From Eledone cirrhosa (taxonomy: Eukaryota): DNA of 64,000 nt. Location: positions 5,518,001 to 5,582,000 of the forward strand of contig OZ024757.1 of the NCBI GenBank assembly GCA_964016885.1, in the 5' to 3' direction. Position numbers and translations under genes: made by a program. This document shows, one piece after another, positions 25,380-39,120 of this stretch (the stretch's first letter is position 1; each line of letters opens with the position of its first letter). Under the pieces are notes generated by a model. It did not search any database, had not been told where the DNA came from, and saw only the letters and a program-made list of their open reading frames with translations.

Positions 25380-27326
25380 ATGGAAAATAAATTGAGTGAA
25401 AAGGTTAAATGCGAAACACAATCGAAAATGTTTAGTATTCCTGGTGAGATGACAAAGGTTGGAGAAGAGAAACCATATCACTGCAATATCTGTGGTAAAT
25501 TATTCAATATACGTAGTACCTTAACTACTCACAAAGTTATACATACAGGAGACAAACCATATCACTGTAATATCTGTAGTAAATCATTCTCTGAGAAAAG
25601 TAACCTAACTAGTCACAACCATTTACATACAGGTGAGAAGCCATATCACTGTGATATCTGTGGTAAAACATTCCCTCGAAGTGATGCATTAACTGAACAC
25701 TTACGTACCCATACAGGAGAGAAGCCATACCACTGTGATATCTGTGGTAAATCATTCTATCAAAGTGGTAACTTAACTAGCCACAAACGTATACATACAG
25801 GAGACAAGCCATATCACTGTGATATCTGTGGTAAATCATTCTATCAAAGTGGTAACTTAACTAGACACAAACGTACCCATACAGGTGACAAGCCATACCA
25901 CTGTGATATCTGTGGTAAATCATTCTATTAAAGTGGTAACTTAACTAGCCACAAACATATACATACAGGAGACAAGCCATACCACTGTGATATCTGTGGT
26001 AAAACATTCCGTCCAAGTGATGCATTAACTAAACACTTACGTACCCATACAGGAGACAAGCCATACCACTGTGACATCTGTGGTAAATCATTCTCTCAAA
26101 GTAGTACCTTAACTAGACACAAACATATACATACAGTAGACAAGCCATATCACTGTGATATCTGTGGTAAATCATTCTCTGAGAGTAGTTACTTAACTAG
26201 CCACAAACGTATACATACAGGAGACAAGCCATATCACTGTGATATCTGTGGTAAATCATTCTATCAAAGTGGTAACTTAACTAGCCACAAACGTATACAT
26301 ACAGGAGACAAGCCATATCACTGTGATGTCTGTGGTAAATCATTCTATCAAAGTGTTAACTTAACTAGACACAAACGTACCCATACAGGTGACAAGCCAT
26401 ACCACTGTGATATCTGTGGTAAATCATTCTATCAAAGTGGTAACTTAACTAGCCACAAACGTATACATACAGGAGACAAGCCATACCACTGTGATATCTG
26501 TGGTAAAACATTCCGGCCAAGTGATGCATTAACTAAACACTTACGTACCCATACAGGAGACAAGCCATACCACTGTGACATCTGTGGTAAATCATTCTCT
26601 CAAAGTAGTCACTTAACTAGACACAAACATATACATACAGGAGACAAGCCATACCACTGTGATATCTGTGGTAAATCATTCTCTGAAACTATTGCCTTAA
26701 CTAGACACAAACGTACCCATACAGGTGACAAGCCATACCACTGTGATATCTGTGGTAAATCATTCTCTCAAAGTAGTCAGTTAACTTCCCACAAACGTAT
26801 ACATACAGGAGACAAACCATACCACTGTGATATCTGTGGTAAATCATTCTCTGATAGTAGTACCTTAACTCGACACAAACATACCCATACAGGAGACAAG
26901 CCATACCACTGTGATATCTGTGGTAAATCATTCTCTCTCAGTAGTGCCTTAACTAGCCACAAACGTATACATACAGGAGACAAGCCATACCAATGTGATA
27001 TCTGTGGTAAATCATTCTCTCTAAGTAGTACCTTAACTAGACACAAACGTACCCATACAGGAGACAAGCCATACCACTGTGATATCTGTGGTAAATCATT
27101 CTCTCAAAGTAGTGCCTTAACTAGCCACAAACGTATACATACTGGAGACAAGCCATACCACTGTGATATCTGTGGTAAATCATTCTCTCGAAGTAGTACC
27201 TTAACTAGACACAAACGTACCCATACAGGAGACAAGCCATATCACTGTGATATCTGTGGTATATCATTCTCTGGGAAAAGTAGCCTAACTACTCACAAAC
27301 TCATACATGCAGAGGAGAAATCTTAA
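25380..27326 (+). pseudogene. Poly-C2H2 zinc-finger gene, 22 fingers, single premature TAA in finger 6 (25929-25931)
   Basis: 84-bp units HTG(D/E)[12 protein letters not shown] continue in frame past the stop to TAA at 27324-27326 (649 codons in all); acceptor TTTCAG| at 25202; AATAAA at 28022. Confidence 0.9.
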
Positions 27327-28021
27327 TGCATTGACATCAGTGATAAATCCTCTCAACATTGTGAATTAATGAGAATACAAATATATATCAGCGTAATATA
27401 TATGGTAAATCATTCTGTTTCAATGCTACATTAACTTCACACAAACATATACAGGTGGGAAGCCATATCACTTTGATATGTTTGGAAAATATATCTTTTA
27501 ATGCAGCAATTTAACTAAATATATGCATAGATGAGGGAAAACATATCATCATCATCATCATTTTACGTCTGCTTTTCCCTGCTTGCAAGGGTGGGATGAG
27601 TCCTATTCAACACAGCATCTCTCCACTTGTCACGGTCCTTTGTCATCTACACCTTGAGCTTCAGAGGTCTGCCCTTACCACCTCAGCCCATGTAAATCAT
27701 TTTCTAATTTTGGTGTCACTAAACACTAACATACAGGAGAGGAACCATATCACTGTGATGTCTGTGATAAATCATTCTCTATAAGTTGTGGTTTCACTAG
27801 ACACTAATATACAGGAGAGGAACTATATCACTGTGATATCTGTAGTAAATGTTGTGGGTTCCCTACACACTAACATATACAGGAGAGGAACCATATCATT
27901 GTGGTGTCTGTGGTAAATAATTCTCTTGTAAATGTTACTTGATGCAACACAAACACAATCAGACAAGATAAAAACCATGTCACTCACCTAAAATAGTGCC
28001 ACCAATGTTGTTAATATATTG

Positions 28022-28106
28022 AATAAAACTGTTTTACTAAGAAATTATTCTCCTTTCATTTCATTTGTAGAAGTTGTAACCAAGACTTGTGCTGACAAAA
28101 CTGTAT
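28022..28106 (+). terminator. Polyadenylation region of ZNF gene 1
   Basis: AATAAA plus downstream block GTAGAAGTTGTAACCAAGACTTGTGCTGACAAAACTGTAT, also present after gene 2. Confidence 0.6.
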
Positions 28107-28197
28107 TGTTCAGAATTGACATATGCTATATATATATGTGAATGTATGTGTGTAGAAATTTGTGTCCATGTATATGTTTGTATATAAGTATGTGCAT

Positions 28198-28533
28198 ATC
28201 ATCATCAACATTTTACGTCCACTTTTCCCTGCTTGCAAGGGTGGGACTGAACTAATTCTGGCTTGATTTCTACAGCTGGATGCCCTTCCTAACACCAACC
28301 TCATTTACAGAGAGTGCTGGGTGCTTTTTTGCTGTGGCACCTCCACAGCCACTTTACTGTGGAATGATATGAACCCCAGTACCTATCATCTCATTTCTAC
28401 AGCTGAGTAACCTGGAGCAATGTGAAATAAAGTGTCTTGCTCAAGGAAACAACACATCACACAGTCTGAGAATTGAACTCACAACCTTTTGATTGCAAGG
28501 CCAATGCCCTAACCACTAAGCCATGTGCCTCCA
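28198..28533 (-). mobile_element. Full-length CORE-type SINE with RTE-derived 3' tail (family B)
   Basis: Reverse complement of 39554-39878: tRNA head, CORE, GGAAGGGCATCCAGCTGTAGAAA, CCCACCCTTGCAAGCAGGGAAAA, (GAT)n. Confidence 0.82.
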
Positions 28534-28584
28534 CTGTGCATATCTGTATTTGATTTATTTATTATGTATGTGTGTATATGTACG

Positions 28585-29105
28585 TCATCTTCAACATCAT
28601 CACTGTTTTTATGTCTGTTTTTCCATGCTTCCTTGGGTTGGACATGTCCTTCTCAACATGGCATCTTTCAACTTGTCGTGTTCCTTTGTCATCTCCTCTG
28701 TGAGAGTCAGTCATTTGAAGTCAGTTCACACAGCCTCTGTCCAGGTCTTTCTTGGTCTACCTCTACTAGGGCTTCCTTCTACTGGGATGTCCTGGCACTT
28801 CTTCACCCAGCTGTCATTATCCATGTGTATCACATGTCCATACCAATGCAGTCTTCTCTCTTACACATCTCTTAAGTTCCCTCTTAAACCCAGCTTCTTC
28901 TTGAACTTGTCCGAGCTCTGCCTTTCTCTCACACTTAAATGGCACATCCAATGAAGCATGGTTGCTTCATTTCTCTCCAGTCGACACTTTATTTCTCCTG
29001 TCACAGCCCTTGTTTCACTACCATGCAGCATCATATTTTATTGGCAGGTGTTATACAGTCATCCTCCACTGCTAATTAAGTCACAGAAGCTATCAACCAC
29101 TTCTA
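28585..29105 (-). mobile_element. RTE LINE 3' fragment
   Basis: Encodes LERNEA.MLHWMC, RRLHWYGHV, WVKKC, GRPRKTW. Confidence 0.8.
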
Positions 29106-29524
29106 TGTGTGTATAATTACATGTGTATCTTTATGTGTTTGTGTATATATGTGTATACATCTGCATAGATTTGCAGTATATGATACAGCCGGGAGAACAT
29201 CTCATATTATCTGGGTCCTTCTAGCAGATCCAGCAAGTGACACATATATATATATATTATATATATATGTATAATATATATATATACATATATCGTCAGT
29301 CGATCGACTTTCCTCAAATTGGACCGTAGAAACAATGTTTCCATTGGTCTTTCCAATTGCTAATACTATCTATTGGTCACAACTCCAGGTAGAAGGAGCA
29401 ACTTGAAGTAAAGTGTCTTGCTCAAGGACATAACACATCACCCGGTCTGAGAATTGAACTCACGACCTTTCAATTACAAGCCCAATTCTCTAACCACTAA
29501 GCCATATATATTATATATATATTA

Positions 29525-29701
29525 CTAGCAAAATGGCCCGGAGATCGCTAAATCGCCTAATGCGGTCCCTAGGGCATTGAAAATTTGAAATTTTTCTACT
29601 CAAAACACTCACAGGACTATAAGTATTACATGTGTAAGGTTTGAAAACAATCGGTTGGGTGGTTCTTGAGTTTTAGGCATTCTCTATTTTAGATATATAG
29701 A
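29525..29701 (-). mobile_element. Short internally deleted Helitron
   Basis: Reverse complement TCTATATATCTAAAA..CCTAAAACTCAAGAACCACCCAACCG ... CCGGGCC..GCTAG|T. Confidence 0.75.
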
Positions 29702-30097
29702 TATATATATTATATTATATATATATGTTATATAAATTATATTATATATATATATATGTTATATATATTATAATATATATATATATAAAATATGTTATAT
29801 ATATATATCACACATATATATATATTAAATATATTTTATATATATATCAACCCACACTATAAAGTGGACATGTAGGCACCACGGAAGAAAAGTACCCAGC
29901 AATCACTGTAAATGAGGTTGGTGTTTGGAAGGGCATCCAGCTGTAGAAATCAAGCCAAAATCAGTTCCCGTATGAGCAAGACAAGGTCAGCCAACCGGAC
30001 ACTGCCCACAACATGACAACCCGTCTAACCCATGCTAGCATAGAAGAACGGACGTAAAACAGTGTTGATGATGATATATATATATATATATATATAT

Positions 30098-31555
30098 ATC
30101 ATCATCATCATTTTACGTCCTCTTTTCCCTGCTTGCAAGTGTGGGACGGTTCTTATTCAGCACAACATCTCTCCACTCGTCACGGTCCTTCGTCATCTCC
30201 ACCATGAGCTTCAATGATCTGAGGTCTGTTCTCACCACCTCCGCCCATGTTTTTGTTGGTCTATCTCTACCACGTCTTCAACTGGCACTTCTTCACCCAT
30301 TGGTCCTCCTCCATGTGCATCACATGTCCATACCACCTCAGTCTTCTCTCCCACACACTACACTCTATCCCTCTCAGACACAGTTTCTCTCTCAACAGAT
30401 TTATGCCGGGTCGTTCAAGCACATTTACACTGCACATCCAATGGAGCATGCTTGCCTCGTTTCTCATCAGCCATCACATATCCTCTGCAGTTACTGCCCA
30501 TGTCTCACTACCATGCAGCATCGCGCTCCTGACACAGGCATCATACAACCAGCCTTTCGTATGCAGGGAGAAACCCTTCTTCGTCAGCAGAAGAAGCAGC
30601 TCCCTAAACTTCTTCCAACCCGTCCTTATTCTAGATACTATGGCCTCGGAACACCCACTCCCATGCTAATCTGATCTCCTAGGTACCGGAAGCTATCCAC
30701 CACTTCTATAGCGCCCTCCTGCATTTGAAAAATGTGTCTATCAATGCGACTTCTACTGTCTAATTTCCCTCTACATTTACTGCATACATATTTCTCCCTA
30801 CCTGTTAGTTTGCCTGCTATCCCGCTACATCTCTTGTGTACCCAGGATCTGCATTGTGTGTATTTTATAGAATTTATGCCAGTTCCTATTCTGCATATCG
30901 AACATGGCCGTTTCCCTGACGGAATAAGAGTTTTGTCTTCTTTTCTCCTCATCAACACTTTTGTCTTAGCTAGGTTCACCCTCAGTCCTCTTGCTTCCAA
31001 CTGCTGTTTCCATAGCCGGAATTTATTCTCTAGCTCCTCTACTGATTCTGCTATAAGAACCAGATCGTCAGCATAGACGGCCAGTCTTAAACTTCTCTGT
31101 TATGGCTTGGAGGACTATAATGAACAAAAGCGGGCTGAGGACGGAAACTTGATGTACTCCTACTTGTATCTGGAATTCCTCACTAAACTCCATTCCTACC
31201 CTGATGTTACTGACAGCACCTCTATACATAGTTTGCACTGTCCTCACAAGCCATTCCTCAACACCTAGTTTCCTTAGGGACCACCAGATGACAGATCGGG
31301 GTACCCTATCAAAGGCCTTCTCTAGGTCAACAAAGGCTAAGTATAGTGGCTTATTCTTCTCTAAGAACCTCTCTTGCAATTGTCTTACCAAGAAGAGGGC
31401 ATCTGTTGTACTCTTCCCAGGCACAAAACCAAACTGCATCTCATCTAGTTTGACCCTTTCTCTAATTAGTTGTGTTAATATCCTTTCTGCCACTTTCATA
31501 ACCCGATCCATCAGTTTTATACCCCTATAATTGCTCCTCTCCAGGGCATCCCCTT
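30098..31555 (-). mobile_element. 5'-truncated RTE-clade LINE, tail-to-tail with an RTE 3' UTR at 29850-30075 (+)
   Basis: QFGFVPGKSTTDA, FVDLEKAFDRVPR, RRLRWYGHV; (CAT)n tail. Confidence 0.9.
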
Positions 31556-31557
31556 TT

Positions 31558-31600
<43 letters not shown>

Positions 31601-31630
31601 TATATATCATATATTATATATGTATATATA

Positions 31631-32482
31631 CAGGGTGCGGACGATAATTATTCGCAAGATTACTGTCTAGGAAAGAATAACACAGTAGTTTTGTTTTTTA
31701 AGGTTTATTTATCAAACTTGGGTCAGTTTGTCTTCATAACTTGTTCTTTCAATCTCACTCGATAGACCTGCCATTGGCTTTGATGACAGCCTCTAAACCG
31801 GCTACAGGCCTTCGTCACTGTCCCCTGACTTAGGCCCCTAAAGGCACTTATCATCATGGCTTTCAGATCGTCTTTCGTATTGCAGCTGGATCTGTTGGTG
31901 TCTCGTTCCACTGCGCCCCACACAAAGAAGTCAAGAGGATTGGAGTCAGGTAAGCTGGGAGGGCAGATGTCAGGGGAGGTGAGGTCGACGAAGTTATCTG
32001 AGAGCCAGGCTTGGATCTTTCAGCTGGTATGGCAGGGCGCTGAGTCTTGCTGCAACACGTACGGCCGACCTGGACGATCCAGGGCTTTACTACCTCGCTC
32101 AGAACGTGAATGTAGCCATCGGTGTTCAGCTTGAGGCCCCCAGGGAAGCAGTGAGGTGGCATGACGACACCTAAGACCAATGTTGCCGGTGGAAACTTTG
32201 TCTGCATGACTCTGGGCACATCTTTGGATGAGACAGCGAGCCACCTGTTGTTCTGGGAGTTGATCTTCTGGTCTTATTTGCCCTCCCGGCACAGATTCCA
32301 AGAAGAACTCCATGTCTCTTCCACAAATTTGGAGGTTCAAAATTATTCATAATCAATTATTCTGAAAATAAATAATGGAAATATAGTCACTGTTTTTATG
32401 AGGACGAGAGTAACAACGGAAGCAAAAAAAATTTGCATAAAATTAGCAGTTGAAAATTGCAACCAAATATCGTCCACACCTG
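31631..32482 (-). mobile_element. Tc1/mariner superfamily DD37D (maT-type) transposon relic
   Basis: TA|CAGGGTGCGGACGATA ... TATCGTCCACACCTG|TA; QQDSAPCHT...PDSNPLDFFVWG with 37 residues between the last two Asp. Confidence 0.85.
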
Positions 32483-33109
32483 TATATATATATATCATAT
32501 ATACATACATATATACATATATATATATACATATATATTCATTGATGTCCTGTCTTTGAGCCTTTTTCCTGCTGATTCAATCTTATATATCGTCTTGCAG
32601 ACTAAATAGGGGGTATTGTAGTGACCTACATTCCGAGGGCTCATGGATACATTCTCTGTGCGTTGTTTGGCGTAGTTCAGCCAATCGCTACCAGCGTAGG
32701 AAAATGTATCTCGACCTCTGCCCAGAAGGAAAAATTCCCGGAGAGATTCGAAACTCTCTCTCTTGCAGCTCGACACCGTGAAGGTAAACATCTCTTGTTT
32801 TCGTTCATCAAGCATAGACAATATGTAGCAACAGATATCACTACAGGTCTGGCTAACGCCTCAGCCATTTGACCGTACGTCTTTAAATCTTTATAACCTT
32901 TTTTTGATAACATTAACTATCCTCTCAAGAGACATTCTTCTAACCTTTGTAATCTGTAAATAAATTATATATAAACAATTACAAAGTCGTACGATCCTAT
33001 TTTCCACAACATTGCTTTTAACATCTTCAATGGTGACTTCCGTCATACAATACACAAATACACACATTCTCAACACAAACATCTACTAAACGTAAGAGTT
33101 TAAAGAAAG

Positions 33110-33358
33110 AAAAGTCTGTAATGGATAATTTCACTGCTATTTCTAGCAGTCAGAGAGACTACGTCGATATATAATTTATATTTTACTGAGTGATACCTTT
33201 TCATTTACTATCGATTAAATACGATTGGAACTGTCTGAATGTATTAAATTATATCAGGGACTTTCAACTAATGACACCGGTAAGGGAGTTAAATCATTTC
33301 CAATGACACCGAGTACCTGCTGTCTTCTTAATCTAATTATATCTTGTGTAACAATTAC

Positions 33359-33397
<39 letters not shown>

Positions 33398-33804
33398 ATT
33401 TTAATTCCCCGACATCAGTCTTACACTGTCATATCTATTCTTACTTTACAATTGTGTCTACTAAGAGTTCCATTACAATCTGTAGTAGTAAAACTACTAT
33501 TTCACCAGAACATCTGCTATCAGTCATTTATAGACAATATATATATATTTTAGACCACATATCAACCTAATATATATATATTTCCTATCAAATCTGTAGC
33601 TAAAGACATAAAGTCAGCCTCACTACTTCATTCTGACAAGATATCAATTTATGACTAAAGATGAAGAAGATACACCAACGTTAATGTCGTGAAATAAAGC
33701 TGATAACATTGAAACTTCTAATTCGATAACAAAGAGATTATTTCTTTGGTTGTTTAGTAACAACTAACAACACAACACATTGATTATATGTGAAGGAGGT
33801 AAGT
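33110..33804 (+). promoter_or_regulatory. Second copy of the putative ZNF first-exon module (donor at 33799)
   Basis: Near-identical to 10690-11375 and 43350-44028. Confidence 0.6.
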
Positions 33805-33839
33805 TGACAAAGATTTACTTGAAGTCTATATTAATGATA

Positions 33840-36742
33840 GCCACAAATACTAACTACTATACTGTACATTAGATAATGTAGTCCTAGGTACACTATGTCT
33901 GATAGACACTATACTGTACATTAGATAATGTAGTCCTAGATACACTATATCTGATAGCTACTATACTGTACATGATATAATGTAGTCCTAGGTACACTAT
34001 GTCTGATAGACACTATACTGTACATTAGATAATGTAGTCCTAGGTACACTATGTCTGATAGCCACTATACTGTACATTAGATAATGTAGTCCTAGATATA
34101 CTATGTCTGATAGTCACTATACTGTACATTAGATAATGTAGTTCTAGGTACACTATGTCTGATAGCCACTATACTGTACATTAGATAATGTAGTCCTAGA
34201 TACACTATGTCTGATAGACACTATACTGTACATTAGATAATGTAGTCCTAGATATACTATGTCTGATAGTCACTATATTGTACATTAGATAATGTAGTCC
34301 TAGGTACACTATATCTGATAGACACTATACTGTACATTATATAATGTAGTCCTAGGTACACTATGTCTGATAGCTACAATACTGTACATTAGATAATGTA
34401 GTCCTAGGTGCACTATGTCTGATAGACACTATACTGTACATTAGATAATGTAGTCCTAGGTACACTATGTCTGATAGACACTATACTGTACATTAGATAA
34501 TGTAGTCCTAGGTACACTATGTCTGATAGTCACTATACTGTACATTAGATAATGTAGTCCTATGTACACTATGTCTGATAGCCACTATACTGTACATTAG
34601 ATAATGTAGTCCTAGGTACACTATGTCTGATAGACACTATACTGTACATTAGATAATATAGTCCTAGATACACTATGTCTGATAGACACTATACTGTACA
34701 TTAGATAATGTAGTCCTAGGTACACTATGTCTGATAGCTACTACACTGTACATTAGATAATGTAGTCCTAGGTAAACTATGTCTGATAGCCACTATACTG
34801 TACATTAGATAATGTAGTCTTAGGTACACTATGTCTGATAGAGACTATACTGTACATTAGATAATGTAGTCCTAGGTACACTATGTCTGATAGCCACTAT
34901 ACGGTACATTAGACAATGGAGTCCTAGGTACACCTTGTCTGATAGCCACTATACTGTACATTATATAATGTAGTCCTAGGTACACTATGTCTGATAGCTA
35001 CAATACTGTACATTAGATAATGTAGTCCTAGGTGCACTATGTCTGATAGACACTATACTGTACATTAGATAATGTAGTCCTAGGTAAACTATGTCTGATA
35101 GCCACTATACTGTACATTAGATAATGTAGTCCTAGATACACTATGTCTGATAGCCACTATACTGTACATTAGATAATGTAGTCCTAGGTACACTATGTCT
35201 GATAGACACTATACTGTACATTAGATAATGTAGTCCTAGGTACACTATGTCTGATAGCCACTATACTGTACATTAGATAATATAGTTCTAGATACACTAT
35301 GTCTGATAGCTACTATACTGTACATTAGATAATGTAGTCCTAGGTACACTATGTCTGATAGCCACTATACTGTACATTAGATAATGTAGTCCTAGGTACA
35401 CTATGTCTGATAGACACTATACTGTACATTAGATAATGTAGTCCTAGATACACTATGTCTGATAGCCACTATACTGTACATTAGACAATGTAGTCCTAGG
35501 TACACTATGTCTGATAGCCACTATACTGTACATTAGATAATGTAGTCCTAGGTACACTATGTCTGATAGCTACTATACTGTACATTAGATAATGTAGTCC
35601 TAGGTACACTATGTCTGATAGCCACTATACTGTACATTAGATAATGTAGTCCTAGGTAAACTATGTCTGATAGACACTATACTGTACATTAGATAATGGA
35701 GTCCTAGATACACTATGTCTGATAGACACTATACTGTACATTAGATAATGTAGTCCTAGGTACACTATGTCTGATAGCCACTATACTGTACATTAGATAA
35801 TGTAGTCCTAGGTACACTATGTCTGATAGCCACTATACTATACATTAGATAATGTAGTCCTAGATACACTATCTCTGATAGCCACTATACTGTACATTAG
35901 ATAATGTAGTTCTAGGTACACTATGTCAGATAGACACTATACTGTACATCAGATAATGTAGTCCTAGATACACTATGTCTGATAGACACTATACTGTACA
36001 TTAGATAATGTAGTCTTAGGTACACTATGTCTGATAGACACTATACTGTACATTAGATAATGTAGTCCTAGATACACTATGTCTGATAGCCACTATACTG
36101 TACATTAGATAATGTAGTCCTAGGTAAACTATGTCTGATAGACACTATACTGTACATTAGATAATATAGTCCTAGATACACTATGTCTGATAGCCACTAT
36201 ACTGTACATTAGATAATGTAGTCCTAGGTACACTATGTCTGATAGACACTATACTGTACATTAGATAATGTAGTCCTAGGTACACTATGTCTGATAGCCA
36301 CTATACTGTACATTAGATAATGTAGTCTTAGGTACACTATGTCTGATAGACACTATACTGTACATTAGATAATGTAGTCCTAGGTACACTATGTCTGATA
36401 GCTACTATACTGTACATTAGATAATGTAGTCCTAGATACACTATGTCTGATAGCCACTATACTGTACATTAGATAATGTAGTCCTAGGTACACTATGTCT
36501 GATAGCCACTATACTGTACATTAGATAATGTAGTCCTAGATACACTATGTCTGATAGACACTATACTGTACATTAGATAATGTAGTCCTAGGTACACTAT
36601 GTCTGATAGCCATTAATACTAATTTCTATACTGTACATTAGATAATGTAGTCCAAGATAGACTGTCTGATAGTCACTAATACTAACTACTGTACTGTACA
36701 TTAGATAATGTAGTCCTAGATACACTATGTCTGATAGTCACT
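33840..36742. repeat. Tandem satellite, 52-bp unit, about 53 copies, bounded by 65-bp-type units
   Basis: Unit ACTATACTGTACATTAGATAATGTAGTCCTAGGTACACTATGTCTGATAGCC; period measured 33864 to 33916. Confidence 0.97.
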
Positions 36743-39120
36743 AGTATATACGTAGTTCTCAGGGAGATTCAGCGAGATGTATGACATGGCTTCCCTTTGA
36801 AATACATGTAGAACCCATCTTATATTATAATGTGTCTGAGTATTTCATTGACACGTACACCGTTGACATTGTTCTCAGGGAGATTCAGTGTTTCAATTCT
36901 ATGTAACAACGTTTCCACTATAATTACTGGTACAACTTATTATTTTTCCGGTTGGGTGAAATAAAACAATGAGAAATAATGTGTCTTGTTCAAGGCCCCA
37001 ACGTACAGACCACCCGTCTGGGATTCGAACTCACGAACCATACGTTCATGTAATGCGTGCTATCACCGCCTAAAACCGGTTTCCTCCACATAAAATACAC
37101 AGGAATGACAATCCGGATTAATTCACGAACAAGAATTACAATAAGTCGCTGAGAGTGATCTCCCTTGGCTGACTTTAACATCTTTTCTTCTTCCATTAGA
37201 AATTAATTTCTTTCATGTCCGACTGAAAGACTCTGGAGTTTTTACCTGTCTTGGGTTTAATTAATGAGGAATTTTGAGGTATTTATAACAACTATTAATT
37301 ATTTCATTACTGAGATATCATTGGAAGGATTTACTAAAGTTTTTAATTATTAATTATTTTATTAGTAACTTAACATGTGGTTCTTGTATAAAATTATGTT
37401 GGAAGATTTTAGAAAGCTGTGTAGCCGGTCCCGGTAAAATAGACTCCCACGCTATGTAGCCGGTAAGAGTGTCAGACTCCATGCCTTGCGGCCCTTTATG
37501 GTCTGAGTTGAGACACTTTAAAATCTTTTCCACCATCAATTATTAAAAAAACAAGTTAAAGTCATTTTGTCGTCCATTCGTAACGTATGTTACACATTAG
37601 TTACTTACACATCTACTGTGTTATATACACACTTCTACTGTGTTACACACACATATCTACTGTGTTACACACACATATCTACTGTGTTACATACACACAT
37701 CTACTGTGTTACATACACACACATCTACTGTGTTACATACACACTTCTACTGTGTTACACACACATATCTACTTTGTTACATACACACACACCTACTGTG
37801 TTACTTACACACACATCTACTGTGTTACATACACACATCTACTGTGTTACATATACAGAGATCTACTGTGTTACATACACACATCTACTGTGTTACATAC
37901 ACACAGATCTACTGTGTTACATACAAACACATCTACTGTGTTACATACACACTTCTACTGTGTTACATACACACACATCTACTGTGTTACATACACACAC
38001 ACATCTACTGTGTTACATACACACTTCTACTGTGTTAGACACATATCTACTGTGTTACATACATATCTACTGTGTTACATACATATCTACTGTGTTACAT
38101 ACACACATCTACTGTGTTACATACACACACATCTACTGAGTTACATACACACACATCTACTGTGTTACATACACATCTATGTTACATACACACATCTACT
38201 GAGTTACATATACACACATCTACTGTGTTACATACACACACATCTACTGTTACATACACACATCTGTGTTACATATACACACATCTACTATGTTACATAC
38301 ACACATCTACTGTGTTACATACACACACATCTACTGTGCTACATACACACACATCTAATGTGTTACATACACACACATCTACTGAGCTACATACACACAC
38401 ATCTACTGGGTTACACAGACACACACATCTACTGCGTTACATACAAACACATCTACTATGTTACATACACACACACATCTACTATGTTACATACACACAC
38501 ATCTACTATGTTACATACACACACACATCTACTATGTTACATACATACATATCTACTGAGTTACATACACACACATCTACTGTGTTACATACACACACAT
38601 CTACTATGTTACATACACACACACATCTACTATGTTACATACACACACATCTGGGTTACACACACACACATCTACTCATACATATTCATAAATAGACACA
38701 CAATACAAAATAATGATTACATACACACACATCTCTGTAATGATTGAGGAAGTAATTGGCTGGTGAAACGCTATAGCGATGTGTGTGTGTTGCATACCTT
38801 TAAGGTTTCCCGGCTTCGTAGCCTTTTCGAAGATTTTATTATAATTATGAACCTTGTATTTCAATTAATTATGACTAATTTTGAGCTATTTATCACAATT
38901 GTTAGTTAATTACTAACATAGTAACATAACATATGGTTGTTATATAGAATTTCGTTGGAAGACTTTAATTTAGATAGGAACCATTTCCATAGAACGAGAA
39001 CCAATTTTGGCTGGGTTCCTACCAAAAGGGTTAATTAAGAATTCTGAACAATTTACTAAAATTGTTAATTATTTCATTACTAGGATAATGTTTGAATACA
39101 CAATTATATGTGTGTGTGTA
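36610..39120 (+). repeat. Segmental duplication, paralog of about 62330-64000
   Basis: Collinear high similarity through SINE remnants, unique sequence and the CA-rich minisatellite. Confidence 0.93.
37585..38680. repeat. CA-rich minisatellite, unit about 20-26 bp ATCTACTGTGTTACAT(AC)n
   Basis: Direct reading; the paralog at 63300-63560 is much shorter. Confidence 0.95.

Noticed and set aside
24197-29505. Inverted SINE pair driving circularisation of the ZNF exon
   Set aside because: The downstream copy lies beyond the polyA signal and the exon is terminal, with no donor seen.
33840-36742. CRISPR array
   Set aside because: Contiguous tandem units with no unique spacers, no cas genes, eukaryotic context; the same applies to 60838-62452.
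37567-38747. Long His/Thr/Tyr-rich ORFs (up to 386 aa)
   Set aside because: Translations of a stop-poor minisatellite, open in several frames.
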